Positions 9,755 through 19,115 of a DNA stretch of 64,000 nt are shown piece after piece. Numbering within the stretch: position 1 is the first letter of the stretch; each line of letters starts with the position of its first letter. This DNA comes from Candidatus Eiseniibacteriota bacterium. Its GTDB lineage: Bacteria > ARS69. Below the pieces are notes generated by a model, which worked only from the letters and a program-made list of their open reading frames with translations, ran no database searches and was not told the DNA's origin. The stretch spans positions 16,760 to 80,759 of the forward strand of contig JBQTGV010000068.1 of NCBI GenBank assembly GCA_052390515.1, given 5' to 3'. The position numbers were made by a program, and so were the translations under genes.

Positions 9755-10102
9755 ATGTCGAACTATCGAATCGATGGACTGGAGTCGCTTGCCGATCGGT
9801 TTCGCGTGCTCGGCAGCCCGGCCCGCCTCGGCCTCTTCCTGCGCCTGGCGGCCTGCTGCCGGGGACCGGCGAACGAGTGCTGCGATCCCGCGGCGATGCG
9901 CCGCTGCGTCGGCGATCTCGCGGCAGGGCTGGACCTCGCTCCCTCCACGATCTCGCATCACCTGAAGGAGCTCCGGCGTGCCGGGCTCATCCGGTGCGAG
10001 CGGCGGGGCCAGCAGATCGACTGCTGGGTCGACCCCGCGGTCGTCGAGGAGCTCGGTAGCTGGCTGGAGAAGAGCCTCGAACCCGAAGGAGACAGGAGAT
10101 GA
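9755..10102 (+). CDS. arsR: ArsR/SmtB-family metalloregulator
   Basis: The wHTH signature LAPSTISHHLKELRRAGLIRCERRGQQI. Cys-rich N-terminal segment LAACCRGPANECCDPAAMRRCVGDL. Overlaps arsM by ATGA. Confidence 0.85.
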   Translation: MSNYRIDGLESLADRFRVLGSPARLGLFLRLAACCRGPANECCDPAAMRRCVGDLAAGLDLAPSTISHHLKELRRAGLIRCERRGQQIDCWVDPAVVEELGSWLEKSLEPEGDRR

Positions 10103-10854
10103 CCGGAACGACGGAGCAACTACGCAAGGCTGTCCGCGATCGGTACGCGGAGATCGCGCGGGGCGATCGGCAGGGATGTGGCACGTCCTCGGGAAGCGGA
10201 TGCTGCGGGCCCTCGAGGTCGGAGGGTCTGGGATACGCCGGCGAGGATCTCGCCATGCTGCCGGAGGGAGCGGACCTCGGACTCGGCTGCGGGAACCCGG
10301 CGGCACTCGCGTCGCTCCGCGCCGGCGATACGGTGCTCGACCTCGGAAGCGGCGCCGGCATCGATTGCTTCCTCGCCGCGCGCGAGGTCGGCGAGACCGG
10401 CCGCGTGATCGGCGTGGACATGACGCCGGACATGATCGACCGGGCGCGGGCCAACGTCGCGAAGGTCGGCGCGCGGAACGTGGAGTTTCGCCTCGGCGAG
10501 ATCGAGAACCTGCCGGTCGCCGACGCCTCGGTCGACGTGGTGATCTCCAACTGCGTCGTCAACCTCTCCACGGACAAGGCCCGCGTGTACCGCGAGGCGT
10601 TCCGCGTACTGCGTCCCGGAGGACGCGTGGCCATTTCCGACATCGTGGCCGTCGGAGCCATGCCGGAGTCCGTCCGTGCCGACGTCGATCAGTACTCGGG
10701 GTGCGTCAGCGGAGCGGTGCCGGCCGGCGAGATCCGAACCATGCTCGAGGGCGCGGGCTTCACCGGCGTGACCATCACCGAGCGCGCGACGGACGCGGAC
10801 GCCGGGATCCCCTTCGTCCGCTCGGCCGCGGTGGTGGCGGTGAAACCGGCGTAG
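10099..10854 (+). CDS. arsM: Arsenite S-adenosylmethionine methyltransferase
   Basis: N-terminal VRDRYAEIA...CCGP. SAM motif VLDLGSGAGIDCF. The conserved Cys positions are present (GLGCGNP, ISNCVVNL, YSGCVSGA). LRPGGRVAISDIV. Confidence 0.85.
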   Translation: MTGTTEQLRKAVRDRYAEIARGDRQGCGTSSGSGCCGPSRSEGLGYAGEDLAMLPEGADLGLGCGNPAALASLRAGDTVLDLGSGAGIDCFLAAREVGETGRVIGVDMTPDMIDRARANVAKVGARNVEFRLGEIENLPVADASVDVVISNCVVNLSTDKARVYREAFRVLRPGGRVAISDIVAVGAMPESVRADVDQYSGCVSGAVPAGEIRTMLEGAGFTGVTITERATDADAGIPFVRSAAVVAVKPA

Positions 10855-12925
10855 CCGTCCGGCGCGCGAGCAGCTCCCGCGCGGACTCGAGGTTCGGGCC
10901 GGCCTTCGGGTGTGCCGGGTCCGCGCGAAGGACCTGCTCGAAGCACGCGATGCCCTCCTCGACTCGGCCGGCACGTGCCAGCGCGATTCCGAGATCGTTG
11001 AGCAGCTCGTTGTCCCCGGGGCGAAGCTCGTGAGCGCGCCCGTAAGCGTCGATCGCCTCGTCCAGGCGCCGGTCTTCGACCAGCAGCACGCCCAGCCGGT
11101 GCCAGTCGCGGGCGCTGCCGGGCGCCAGCCGCACGACCTCGCGCTGCCCGGCGACGGCGCCGGTCAGGTCGCCGGCACGGAGCCGGATGGCGGCGAGCAC
11201 CCGATGCGCGTCCTCCGAGTCGGGTCGCAGCCGCACGGCTCGCTCGACATCGTGCGCCGCCTGCTCCACGGAGCCCTCCTCCAGCTTGCGCTGCGCGCGC
11301 TGCACGAAGAGGTGCGCCGCCATGTCCGGCGAAGCCCGCCGGACGACCGGCGCGAGCAGGTTCTCCACCGGCGACCAGTCGTCGGTCAGCGGACGCCCAC
11401 CGGAACGCGCCGTGAGGGTGGCTTCCTCCGCGGCGGTCAGACACTGCAGCCCGACGCGCGAGTCGTAAGCGCGGGTCACCCTCGCGGCATCGAACGGACG
11501 CTTCGCGGCGACGACCACGTAGGTGTTGCGCGAGTCCTCCTGCGTCGACACCGGCGCCCCCTCCATGAACACCTGCACTTCCGGGAAGACCGACTCCAGG
11601 GTGAGGATCACCGCCCCCAGGAACTTCCCCGTCGCGTACACGTCGATGAGGTTCATGAGCAGTGCGCCGTCCGGCGCTAGAATGTCGCGCACGTCGAGGG
11701 CGAACTCCGTCGTGGTCAGCTGGTACGGAACGCTGTAGTCGTCGACCGCGTCCAGGTAGATGGCGTCGTACACGGGCGCAGGCTGTCCCCGCCGGCGTGC
11801 ATCCGCGAGCCGCTGCACGTGCGCGCGGCCGTCCTCGTGCCGGATCGTCAGGCGGTGATCGCGCGGCAGATCGAGCGCGACGATCGACGCACGCGTCACC
11901 GCCGGATCGATCTCGACCACGTCGATACGGCTCCTCGGAAAGCGACTCTCGATCCAGCGGGGCACGGTGTATCCCCCGCCGCCGATCGTCAGGGTCGCCA
12001 GGGAGTCGCGGGTGCCGGCCAGCTCGGTCGTGACCGCGGCGTAGATGCGCCCGTAGCCGTACTGCAAGTCTTCGGGCCTGCCCATCACCACGGAACTGTG
12101 CAGCAGCTTGTCGAGGTGCAGGTTGCGGATGTCCGGCGACTCCGAGACGCGGTACACGCGGACGTGCGAGTACTGGCTCTCGTCGGAGTAGACGAGGTCG
12201 GGCTCCGCCGCATCGCGCAGCGAGAGGCGCGCCCCCACCGTCTCTGCCCACGGCCACGGACCGACGCCGAGCGCCGCGAGGGCCAGCAACGCGACGAACC
12301 AGGCACGCGCTAGCCGCGAGCCCGCGCCGAAGGCGAGACCCGCGGCGGCGAGCAGGCCGGCCACCGCCCAGATGATCGCGGCGGTGCCGAACAGGGCGAT
12401 CAGCCAGAAGCCGGTGGCGAACGTGCCGACCAGGCTGCCGATCACGCCCCACGCGTAGACGCTGCCGATCGTGCGGCCGGTCTCCCGACTCCGATCGAGC
12501 GCCATCTTCGCCGCGACCGGACTGATCATGCCGAGCACCAACGAAGGGACTAGGAACACGATGGCGACGTGGCTCGCCACGCGCGCCGGCCAGGGCAGCG
12601 TCCACAGGAACGCCCACTCTCCGACCTGGCGCTCCAGCGCTCCGATGGCCACGCCGGTGATCGAGGCGAGGACGAAGACGGCCGAGAGGGTGGGCGCGGC
12701 CGGGCGGCGATCGGCGAGGCGCCCTCCCGCGTAGTTTCCCACGGCGATTCCGGCGAGCACGATGCCGATCACCGAGGTCCACGTGTAGAGCGATGCGCCG
12801 AGGTGGCGCGACACGATCCGCCCGGCGACGAGCTCGATCGCCATGATGCAGAAGCTGGAGACGAAGACCGTGACCTGCGGGGCCCACGGAGGCGGCGACC
12901 GACGCTCCGGGCCGACGTCGCTCAA
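10775..12925 (-). CDS. Fused membrane (MFS-like) / spermidine-synthase-like / TPR protein, paralogue 1
   Basis: About 7 TM helices (FVSSFCIMAIELVAGRIVSRHLGASLYTWTSVIG...). Spermidine-synthase-like core (SQYSHVRVY, LHLDKLLHSSV, LTIGGGGYTVPRW, VVEIDPAVT, DAIYLDAVDD). C-terminal TPR repeats. The likely start is TTG 12925, overlapping the upstream stop (TTGA). The C-terminal 80 nt overlap the arsM 3' end convergently. Confidence 0.8.
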   Translation of the reverse strand: MSDVGPERRSPPPWAPQVTVFVSSFCIMAIELVAGRIVSRHLGASLYTWTSVIGIVLAGIAVGNYAGGRLADRRPAAPTLSAVFVLASITGVAIGALERQVGEWAFLWTLPWPARVASHVAIVFLVPSLVLGMISPVAAKMALDRSRETGRTIGSVYAWGVIGSLVGTFATGFWLIALFGTAAIIWAVAGLLAAAGLAFGAGSRLARAWFVALLALAALGVGPWPWAETVGARLSLRDAAEPDLVYSDESQYSHVRVYRVSESPDIRNLHLDKLLHSSVVMGRPEDLQYGYGRIYAAVTTELAGTRDSLATLTIGGGGYTVPRWIESRFPRSRIDVVEIDPAVTRASIVALDLPRDHRLTIRHEDGRAHVQRLADARRRGQPAPVYDAIYLDAVDDYSVPYQLTTTEFALDVRDILAPDGALLMNLIDVYATGKFLGAVILTLESVFPEVQVFMEGAPVSTQEDSRNTYVVVAAKRPFDAARVTRAYDSRVGLQCLTAAEEATLTARSGGRPLTDDWSPVENLLAPVVRRASPDMAAHLFVQRAQRKLEEGSVEQAAHDVERAVRLRPDSEDAHRVLAAIRLRAGDLTGAVAGQREVVRLAPGSARDWHRLGVLLVEDRRLDEAIDAYGRAHELRPGDNELLNDLGIALARAGRVEEGIACFEQVLRADPAHPKAGPNLESARELLARRTATPVSPPPPRPSGRRGSRRPRPSRAR

Positions 12926-15027
12926 GGAAGACCCTTCGCGGCGCCGCCGGCCGGCCGCCGCGCGAGCAGCTCCCGCGCGGACTCGAGGTTCGGGCCGGCC
13001 TTCGGGTGCGACGGATCGGCGCGCAGGACCTGCTCGAAGCACGCGATGCCCTCTTCGACCCGCCCGGCCCGGGCCAGAGCGATCCCCAGGTCGTTGAGCG
13101 CCTCGAGGTCGGCGGGGGCCAGCTCCAGCGCGCGACGATACGCCTCCACCGCCTCCTCGAGCTGGTGTCCCTCGGCGAGCAGCACGCCCAGCCGGTGCCA
13201 GTCGCGGGCGCTGCCGGGTGACAGCCGCACGACCTCGCGCTGTCCGGCGACGGCGCCCGACACGTCGCCGGCACGGAGCCGGATGCCGGTGAGCGCACGG
13301 TGGGCTTCTTCCGAGTCGGGGCGCAGCCGCACGGCGCGCTCGGCGTCGCGCAGAGCGTCCGAGACGGGACCCTTCGCGGCGTTGCGCTGTGCACGCTCGG
13401 CGAGCAGGCGAGCGGCCATCTCCGGAGACGAGCGGCGCACCACCGGCGCGAGCAGGTTCTCCACCGGCGCCCAGTCGTCGGTGAGTGGACGCACGCCCTC
13501 GCGGTCGGTGAGCGCGCCGCGCTCCGTGGCGGTGAGCCGCTGCAGCCCGATGCGGCGGTCGTACCCGGAGACCAGGCGCGACGCGTCGAACGGCGTGCGC
13601 GTGGCCACGAGGACCCAGGTGTTGCGTACGGCGGGCTGCGACGAGACCGGCCGCCCCTCGGCGAAGACCTCCACGTGCGGGAAGACCGACTCGAGCGTGA
13701 GCAGCATCGACGCGAGGAAGCGTCCGCTCGCGTAGTCGTCGATCAGGTTCATGAGGAATGCGCCGTCCCGGGCGAGCAGCGAGCTCGCGTCGCGGGCGAA
13801 CTCCACCGTGGTCATCTGGTAAGGGACGCTGTAGTCGTCGAAGACGTCCAGGTAGATGCAGTCGTACGTCGGGAAGCTCCGGCCGGACCTCTTCGCTTCC
13901 GCCGTCCGCCGGACGTACGCACGCCCGTCCCCGTGCACGACGCCGAACCCGTGCTCCTCGGACAGACCCAGCGCTGCGACGGCCGCGCGCGTCACCGCGG
14001 GATCGATCTCGACGACGTCCGTGCGGCTCCCGGGCCAGCGGTCGTCGATCCAGCGCGGAAACACGTAGCCCCCGCCCCCGATCGTCAGCGTCGCCAGGGA
14101 ATCCCGCGCGCCCGCCAGCTCCGCCGTCGCCGCCGCGTAGATCCGCTCGTAGCCGTACTGCAGCTGCTCGGGCCGGCCCATGACCACCGAGCTGTGCAAC
14201 AGCTTGTCGAGATGCAGGGTGCGCACGTCGGGCTGCTCGGAGACGCGGAACACGCGGATGTGCGAGTACTGGCTCTCGTCGGAGTAGATCAGATCCGGGT
14301 CCGGCGCCTCGCGGAGCGAGAGGCGGGCTCCCAGCGTCTCCGCCCACGGCCACGGTCCGGCGCCGAGCACGGCGAGGAGGAGCAGCGAAGTGCCCCAGGT
14401 CCGCGCGAGCGCCGAGCGGACGGCGAAGAGCAGCCCGGTGACGCCGAGCACGCCGGCCACCGTCCAGATCACCAGGGACGTGCCGAACGTGGCGATGAGC
14501 CAGAATCCCGTGGCGAAGGTCCCGGCCAGGCTGCCGATGACGCCCCAGGCGTAGACGCCGCCGATCGTGCGTCCGATCTCGCGGCCGCGGTCCAGGGCCA
14601 TCTTCGCGGCGACCGGGCCGATCATGCCCAGCAGGAGCGAAGGCACGACGAACACGAGCGCGACGTGAGTCGCGACGCGCGCGGCCCATGGCAGCGTCCA
14701 CAGGAACGTCCACTCCCCGACCTGACGCTCCAGCGCGCCGATGCCTGCGCTCGTGACCGAGGAGAGCACGAACAGCAGGGAGAGCGTCGGCAGCGGCGGC
14801 CGGCGATCGGCCAGACGGCCGCCCAGGTAGTTCCCCGCGGCGAGGCCGGCGAGCACGACGCCGATCACCGACGTCCACGTGTACAGCGACGCGCCGAGGT
14901 GCCGCGAGACGATGCGACCGGCGACGAGCTCGATCACCATGACGCAGAAGCTGGAAACGAAGACCGTCGCCTGCGGGGCCCATCCCGGCACGTCGCTGGG
15001 TCGTGAAGCGCTCTCGGTCAAGGCCAT
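12922..15027 (-). CDS. Fused membrane (MFS-like) / spermidine-synthase-like / TPR protein, paralogue 2
   Basis: Same architecture and collinear sequence with paralogue 1 (FVSSFCVMVIELVAGRIVSRHLGASLYTWTSVIG, SQYSHIRVF, LTIGGGGYVFPRW, VVEIDPAVT). ATG 15027 is preceded by GGCGAGGGG; alternative ATGs are at 15060 and 15063. Confidence 0.8.
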   Translation of the reverse strand: MALTESASRPSDVPGWAPQATVFVSSFCVMVIELVAGRIVSRHLGASLYTWTSVIGVVLAGLAAGNYLGGRLADRRPPLPTLSLLFVLSSVTSAGIGALERQVGEWTFLWTLPWAARVATHVALVFVVPSLLLGMIGPVAAKMALDRGREIGRTIGGVYAWGVIGSLAGTFATGFWLIATFGTSLVIWTVAGVLGVTGLLFAVRSALARTWGTSLLLLAVLGAGPWPWAETLGARLSLREAPDPDLIYSDESQYSHIRVFRVSEQPDVRTLHLDKLLHSSVVMGRPEQLQYGYERIYAAATAELAGARDSLATLTIGGGGYVFPRWIDDRWPGSRTDVVEIDPAVTRAAVAALGLSEEHGFGVVHGDGRAYVRRTAEAKRSGRSFPTYDCIYLDVFDDYSVPYQMTTVEFARDASSLLARDGAFLMNLIDDYASGRFLASMLLTLESVFPHVEVFAEGRPVSSQPAVRNTWVLVATRTPFDASRLVSGYDRRIGLQRLTATERGALTDREGVRPLTDDWAPVENLLAPVVRRSSPEMAARLLAERAQRNAAKGPVSDALRDAERAVRLRPDSEEAHRALTGIRLRAGDVSGAVAGQREVVRLSPGSARDWHRLGVLLAEGHQLEEAVEAYRRALELAPADLEALNDLGIALARAGRVEEGIACFEQVLRADPSHPKAGPNLESARELLARRPAGGAAKGLP

Positions 15028-15089
15028 CCCCTCGCCCGCGGGCGAAACCCGGCCGATCATCATAGCGGATGGGAGCGGATCCCGCTGCG

Positions 15090-15119
15090 TTGACACCCGG
15101 GCGGCCCCCTCCCTACGAT
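15090..15119 (+). promoter_or_regulatory. Candidate sigma-70 promoter TTGACA-18 nt-TACGAT for the + strand sugar operon
   Basis: TTGACA at 15090-15095 and TACGAT at 15114-15119. The -10 element overlaps the first ATG (15118), which argues for the downstream TTG 15154 as the real start. Confidence 0.4.
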
Positions 15120-15153
15120 GGACGCTCGCCCTCTGTACCCGCGGGAGGAATCC

Positions 15154-16119
15154 TTGAAAGGTCGCCGCGTCCTGGTCACCGGCGGGGCGGGGTTCATCGG
15201 CAGCCACCTGGTCGACCGGCTCCTGGAACGGGGCGTGGCCGTGCTCGTGGTGGACAACCTCTTCCTCGGAAAGCGGGAGAACCTCGACGACGCTCTCGCC
15301 CGCAAGGGCGATCTCACGTTCGTCTACGAGGACGCCGCCGATCTCCCGGCCGTGCGGGACCTGATCGAGCGCCACCGCATCGAGGACGTCTACGACCTGG
15401 CCACGAAGGCGCTCGAGTACTCCTTCGCGAACCCGGCCGGAGCGTTCCGGGTCAACACCGACATCGCCGCCACCCTCGCCGAGCTGCTGCGGAAGGGGCA
15501 CTACCGGCGGCTCGTCCACGCCAGCAGCTCCGAAGCGTTCGGCTCGGCGGTGGTTCGCCCCATGCCCGAGGATCATCCCCGCCATCCGACCACGCCGTAC
15601 GCGGCCGGGAAGGCCGCGGCCGACCTGCTGCTCTCCTCGTACGTGCGCACCTTCGACCTGGACATCCGCATCCTCCGGCCGTTCAACAATTACGGACCAC
15701 GACAGAACTGGGGCGCGTTCTCCGGCGTCGTGCCCAAGACGATCCACCGGCTGGTGCAGGGGCTCCCGCCGGTGGTGCACGGAGACGGCTCGCAGGGGCG
15801 CGACTTCGTGTACGTCGGCGACGTCGCCGACGCGCTGATCGCCGTGGGCGAGACCGCCGCGGCGCGCGGACTCGATCTCAACGTGGCCTCGGGCGTGGAG
15901 ACTCCGGTGCGCGACGTGATCCGGATCCTCTGCGAGCACGCCGGCTTCCGCGGCGAGTGGCTCCGCGAAGAGCGGCGCGCGGCGGACGTCGACCATCACG
16001 TCGGGGACGCGTCGCGGCTGCGGGAGGTCACCGGCTTCCGCCCGGGGACCGATCTCCGGGACGGGCTCTCCCGCACGTGGGAGTGGTACCGTAGCCGATT
16101 CGCGGGAGGGCGGGCGTGA
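15154..16119 (+). CDS. NAD-dependent sugar-nucleotide epimerase/dehydratase (SDR family)
   Basis: (M)KGRRVLVTGGAGFIGSHLVDRLL Rossmann N-terminus. The catalytic YAAGKAAAD (YxxxK) motif is present. TTG 15154 is preceded by GGGAGGAA 5 nt upstream. The alternative ATG 15118 has no SD. Confidence 0.85.
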   Translation: MKGRRVLVTGGAGFIGSHLVDRLLERGVAVLVVDNLFLGKRENLDDALARKGDLTFVYEDAADLPAVRDLIERHRIEDVYDLATKALEYSFANPAGAFRVNTDIAATLAELLRKGHYRRLVHASSSEAFGSAVVRPMPEDHPRHPTTPYAAGKAAADLLLSSYVRTFDLDIRILRPFNNYGPRQNWGAFSGVVPKTIHRLVQGLPPVVHGDGSQGRDFVYVGDVADALIAVGETAAARGLDLNVASGVETPVRDVIRILCEHAGFRGEWLREERRAADVDHHVGDASRLREVTGFRPGTDLRDGLSRTWEWYRSRFAGGRA

Positions 16120-17255
16120 TTCCCCTCAGCCGACCGGCGTTCGGCCCCGAGGAAGAGGACGCGGTCCGCGACGTGCTGCGCAGCGGATGGGTGGCGCAGG
16201 GTCCGACCACCGCCGCGTTCGAGCGCGAGTTCGCGGCGGTCATCGGCGCGCCGCATGCCGTCGCCGTGTCCTCGTGCACGACCGCGCTCCACCTCGCCGT
16301 GCTCGGCGCCGCAATACGACCCGGCGACGAGGTCATCCTCCCCTCCTTCACGTTCCCGGCCACCGCGAACGCCGTCCTGTACGAGGGAGGGACGCCGGTG
16401 CTCGTCGACGTGGACCGCCGCACGCTGAACATCGATCCCGCCGCCGCCGCCGCCGCCGTCGGACCGCGCACGCGCGCCATCATCGGCGTCCACCTGTTCG
16501 GCTTTCCCTGCGAGATCCGCGCCCTGGAGTCGCTCTGTACCGAGAGGGGCCTGTTCCTGATCGAGGACGCGGCCTGCGCCGTCGGGACGCGGATCGGAGA
16601 GCGCATGGCGGGCACGTTCGGCGATGTCGCGTGCTTTTCGTTCCATGCGCGGAAGGTGGTCACCTGCGGCGAGGGTGGCATGCTGACGACGCGCCGCGAC
16701 GACCTGGCCGCGGAGCTCGCGAGCCGGCGGACGCACGGGGCCGACCGCGGCGCGGAGGTGCGGGAGGGCGAAGGTCTCGCGCCCACTTCGCCCCGGCACG
16801 TGCGGCTGGGCTACAACTACCGGCTGTCCGACGTGCAGTCGGCGATCGCGCGGGTGCAGCTCACGCGTCTCGAGGGCTTCGTCCGGGAGCGCGAAGAGCT
16901 CGCGCGGCGCTACGACGAGGGGTTCGCGGACTTGCAAGGCCTGCAGCTTCCGCCTCGCGACCCGGGACTCCGACACAGCTGGCAGAGCTACGTCGTGGTC
17001 GTGGACGCAGAGGCGCCGGTTGCGGCACGGGCTCTGCGTGACGCGCTCGCCGGACGCGGCGTGGCGACGCGCCCCGGGACCTACGCGGTGCACCAGGAGC
17101 CGTACTGGCGGGAGCGCTTCCCGGTCCCCTCGCTGCCGAACGCGGAGCGCGCCGCAGCGGGCTCGGTGGCCTTGCCGCTCTACAACGGTTTGAGCTGGGA
17201 AAACCAGGCTCGGGTCATCGACTCGGTCAGGCAGAGCTTCGGGGTGTCGCGCTAA
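16116..17255 (+). CDS. DegT/DnrJ/EryC1/StrS-family sugar aminotransferase
   Basis: IPLSRPAFGPEEEDAVRDVLRSGWVAQGPTTAAFEREFA, SSCTTALHLAV, FSFHARKVVTCGEGG (PLP Lys), LGYNYRLSDVQSAIARVQL. GTGA overlap with the upstream gene. Confidence 0.9.
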   Translation: MIPLSRPAFGPEEEDAVRDVLRSGWVAQGPTTAAFEREFAAVIGAPHAVAVSSCTTALHLAVLGAAIRPGDEVILPSFTFPATANAVLYEGGTPVLVDVDRRTLNIDPAAAAAAVGPRTRAIIGVHLFGFPCEIRALESLCTERGLFLIEDAACAVGTRIGERMAGTFGDVACFSFHARKVVTCGEGGMLTTRRDDLAAELASRRTHGADRGAEVREGEGLAPTSPRHVRLGYNYRLSDVQSAIARVQLTRLEGFVREREELARRYDEGFADLQGLQLPPRDPGLRHSWQSYVVVVDAEAPVAARALRDALAGRGVATRPGTYAVHQEPYWRERFPVPSLPNAERAAAGSVALPLYNGLSWENQARVIDSVRQSFGVSR

Positions 17256-17263
17256 CGCGCTTG

Positions 17264-17293
17264 TTGACTGAAGGATCCGCGACCGCATACACT
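17264..17293 (+). promoter_or_regulatory. Candidate internal promoter TTGACT-18 nt-TACACT upstream of the carbamoyltransferase
   Basis: Lies in the 131-nt gap 17256-17386. TTGACT at 17264-17269 and TACACT at 17288-17293. Confidence 0.3.
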
Positions 17294-17386
17294 TCGCAGA
17301 TTGCAATGCGGCGGCGTCCTTTCCGGCGCGGTCCGATATCGGGAATAGCACTCTGCTATCAGCCCCTGGTCTTCCCGAAGGGCTTC

Positions 17387-19114
17387 ATGGCGCAGATCGT
17401 CCTCGGCGTGTACGACGGCCCTTCCGGCGGGGCTGCGCTCGTTCAGGAAGGGCGCCTCCTCGCCATCGCCGAGGAGGACCGCATCGTCCGCCGCCACCGC
17501 GTGTCGGGGCTGCCCCGCGCCTCCGTTCAGTCCGTGCTGGGCGAGTCCGGCGTGGCCGGAGAAACGGTCTCCGCCGTGGTGATCGCCACGCGGGACGCGA
17601 CCTACGCAGAGGGCGTGGGCGATTCGGCGCGCGCCCCGCTGCTGTATCGCGTCGGCACGGCCATGCCTTCGCCCGCCGCGGTCAGCCGTCGCATCCGCGA
17701 CACGTTCGCCCGGGCCCGGCGGCGGCGTCTGGACGAAGCGCTCCGCTCCGAGTTCGGGATCTCCTGCCCCATCACGTTCCTCGATCATCACCTGGTGCAC
17801 GCCGTCGCCGCCGCAGCGCTGACCGGCCGCCGCGACTGCCTCACGCTCACGATGGACGGCGGCTCCGACGGCGTCTGGTGCCAGGTCGCGTCGGTGCGCG
17901 GCGGGCAGCCGCAGCGCGTCGCGTGCGAAGTGGGAACCGCCTCGCTCCTCGGGTTCCTGAACGTCGTCTGCGAGCAACTCGGCATCGCCGCCGGACCGGA
18001 CCGTTACCGGAGGCTCGAGGACCTGGGGATGCGCGGCGCACCGATCCACCTCGAGCGGCTTTCGCCGTACGTCGACGGCGGCGAGGGCCGGCTCGTGCTG
18101 GTCGACGCCCTCTTCCGCAAGAGCGGCGTTCTCCCCGGACTCGTGGCCGTCGCGCGCAAGGAAGACCTCGCGGCGAGCGCGCTGCGATTCGCCGGGGACG
18201 TCGTACGCCGCTACGCGGTGCACTGGCACGCGCGCGGCGGGCACCCGGACCTCGTGCTGGGCGGAGATCTCTTCGACCTCCCCTCGCTGGTGAGCGCCGT
18301 GCGCGCGGCACCGGAGATCGAGCGCCTGTTCGTCCCACCCGCACCCGGCGACGCGGGACTCCCCGCCGGATGCGCCTACGCGGGCTGTCTCGAGGGAGTG
18401 CTCGACGATCCATCGCCGTATCCGGATGCGCCGCTCTCCACGCCCTTCGTGGGCACGGCCTACGGCGACGGCGAGATCGAGCAGATGCTGCTCTTCGAGA
18501 GCGTCGAGTACCGGCACCATCCGGAAGTCGACCGCGACGTGGCCCGCGTCCTCGCCGAGGGCAGATCCGTGGCCCGCTTCGACGGGCGCACGGAGATCGG
18601 CGACCGCGGACTGGGGAACCGCAGCGTGCTGCGCAGCCCGCGCGGCGGCTTGCGGCGCGGGCACCTCGGCTTCCTGCTGGTCCCCAGCGTGTACCACGCC
18701 GTCGTCCCCGAGGACGATTTCGCGGAGTGGTTCGAGGGCGACGGCCTCGCGCCGTCCAGGCTGCGCACCGCTCCCGGGCTCGTGCGGCCGCTGGAGCGCT
18801 TCGTCGAGGAGTGCCCCGACCTCGTGGGCTGGGAGGGTCTGGTGCGGGTGCAGACGGTCTGCCCGGAGGCGACGCCGCGGCTGCACGACATCCTGCGCGA
18901 GTTCGAGAGCTGGAGCGGCATCCCCATTCTGGCGGCCGCGTCCTTCCGGCTCCCTGACGAGCCGCTGGTGTCCTCGCCGCGGGACGCGCTGCGCACGTTC
19001 CGGCTCCTCGGAGCGGACTACGCGGCTCTCGGTCACTACCTGGTGCGCAATCCGGATCTCCGACCGAGCAGCCAGGAGCGCGCCGGAGCCGCCGACGAGG
19101 TTCGCCACCCCTGA
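17387..19114 (+). CDS. NodU/CmcH-family carbamoyltransferase
   Basis: MAQIVLGVYDGPSGGAALVQEGRLLAIAEEDRIVRRH, FLDHHLVHAVAAA, C-terminal GDRGLGNRSVL. The length fits the family. Confidence 0.8.
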   Translation: MAQIVLGVYDGPSGGAALVQEGRLLAIAEEDRIVRRHRVSGLPRASVQSVLGESGVAGETVSAVVIATRDATYAEGVGDSARAPLLYRVGTAMPSPAAVSRRIRDTFARARRRRLDEALRSEFGISCPITFLDHHLVHAVAAAALTGRRDCLTLTMDGGSDGVWCQVASVRGGQPQRVACEVGTASLLGFLNVVCEQLGIAAGPDRYRRLEDLGMRGAPIHLERLSPYVDGGEGRLVLVDALFRKSGVLPGLVAVARKEDLAASALRFAGDVVRRYAVHWHARGGHPDLVLGGDLFDLPSLVSAVRAAPEIERLFVPPAPGDAGLPAGCAYAGCLEGVLDDPSPYPDAPLSTPFVGTAYGDGEIEQMLLFESVEYRHHPEVDRDVARVLAEGRSVARFDGRTEIGDRGLGNRSVLRSPRGGLRRGHLGFLLVPSVYHAVVPEDDFAEWFEGDGLAPSRLRTAPGLVRPLERFVEECPDLVGWEGLVRVQTVCPEATPRLHDILREFESWSGIPILAAASFRLPDEPLVSSPRDALRTFRLLGADYAALGHYLVRNPDLRPSSQERAGAADEVRHP

Positions 19115-19115
19115 G

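Larger units (their letters stand above)
10775..15027 (-). repeat. Tandem direct duplication of a ~2.1-kb gene unit
   Basis: Two head-to-tail paralogous genes. One 50-nt stretch is identical in both copies (10863-10912 and 12959-13008: cgcgcgagcagctcccgcgcggactcgaggttcgggccggccttcgggtg). Confidence 0.85.
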
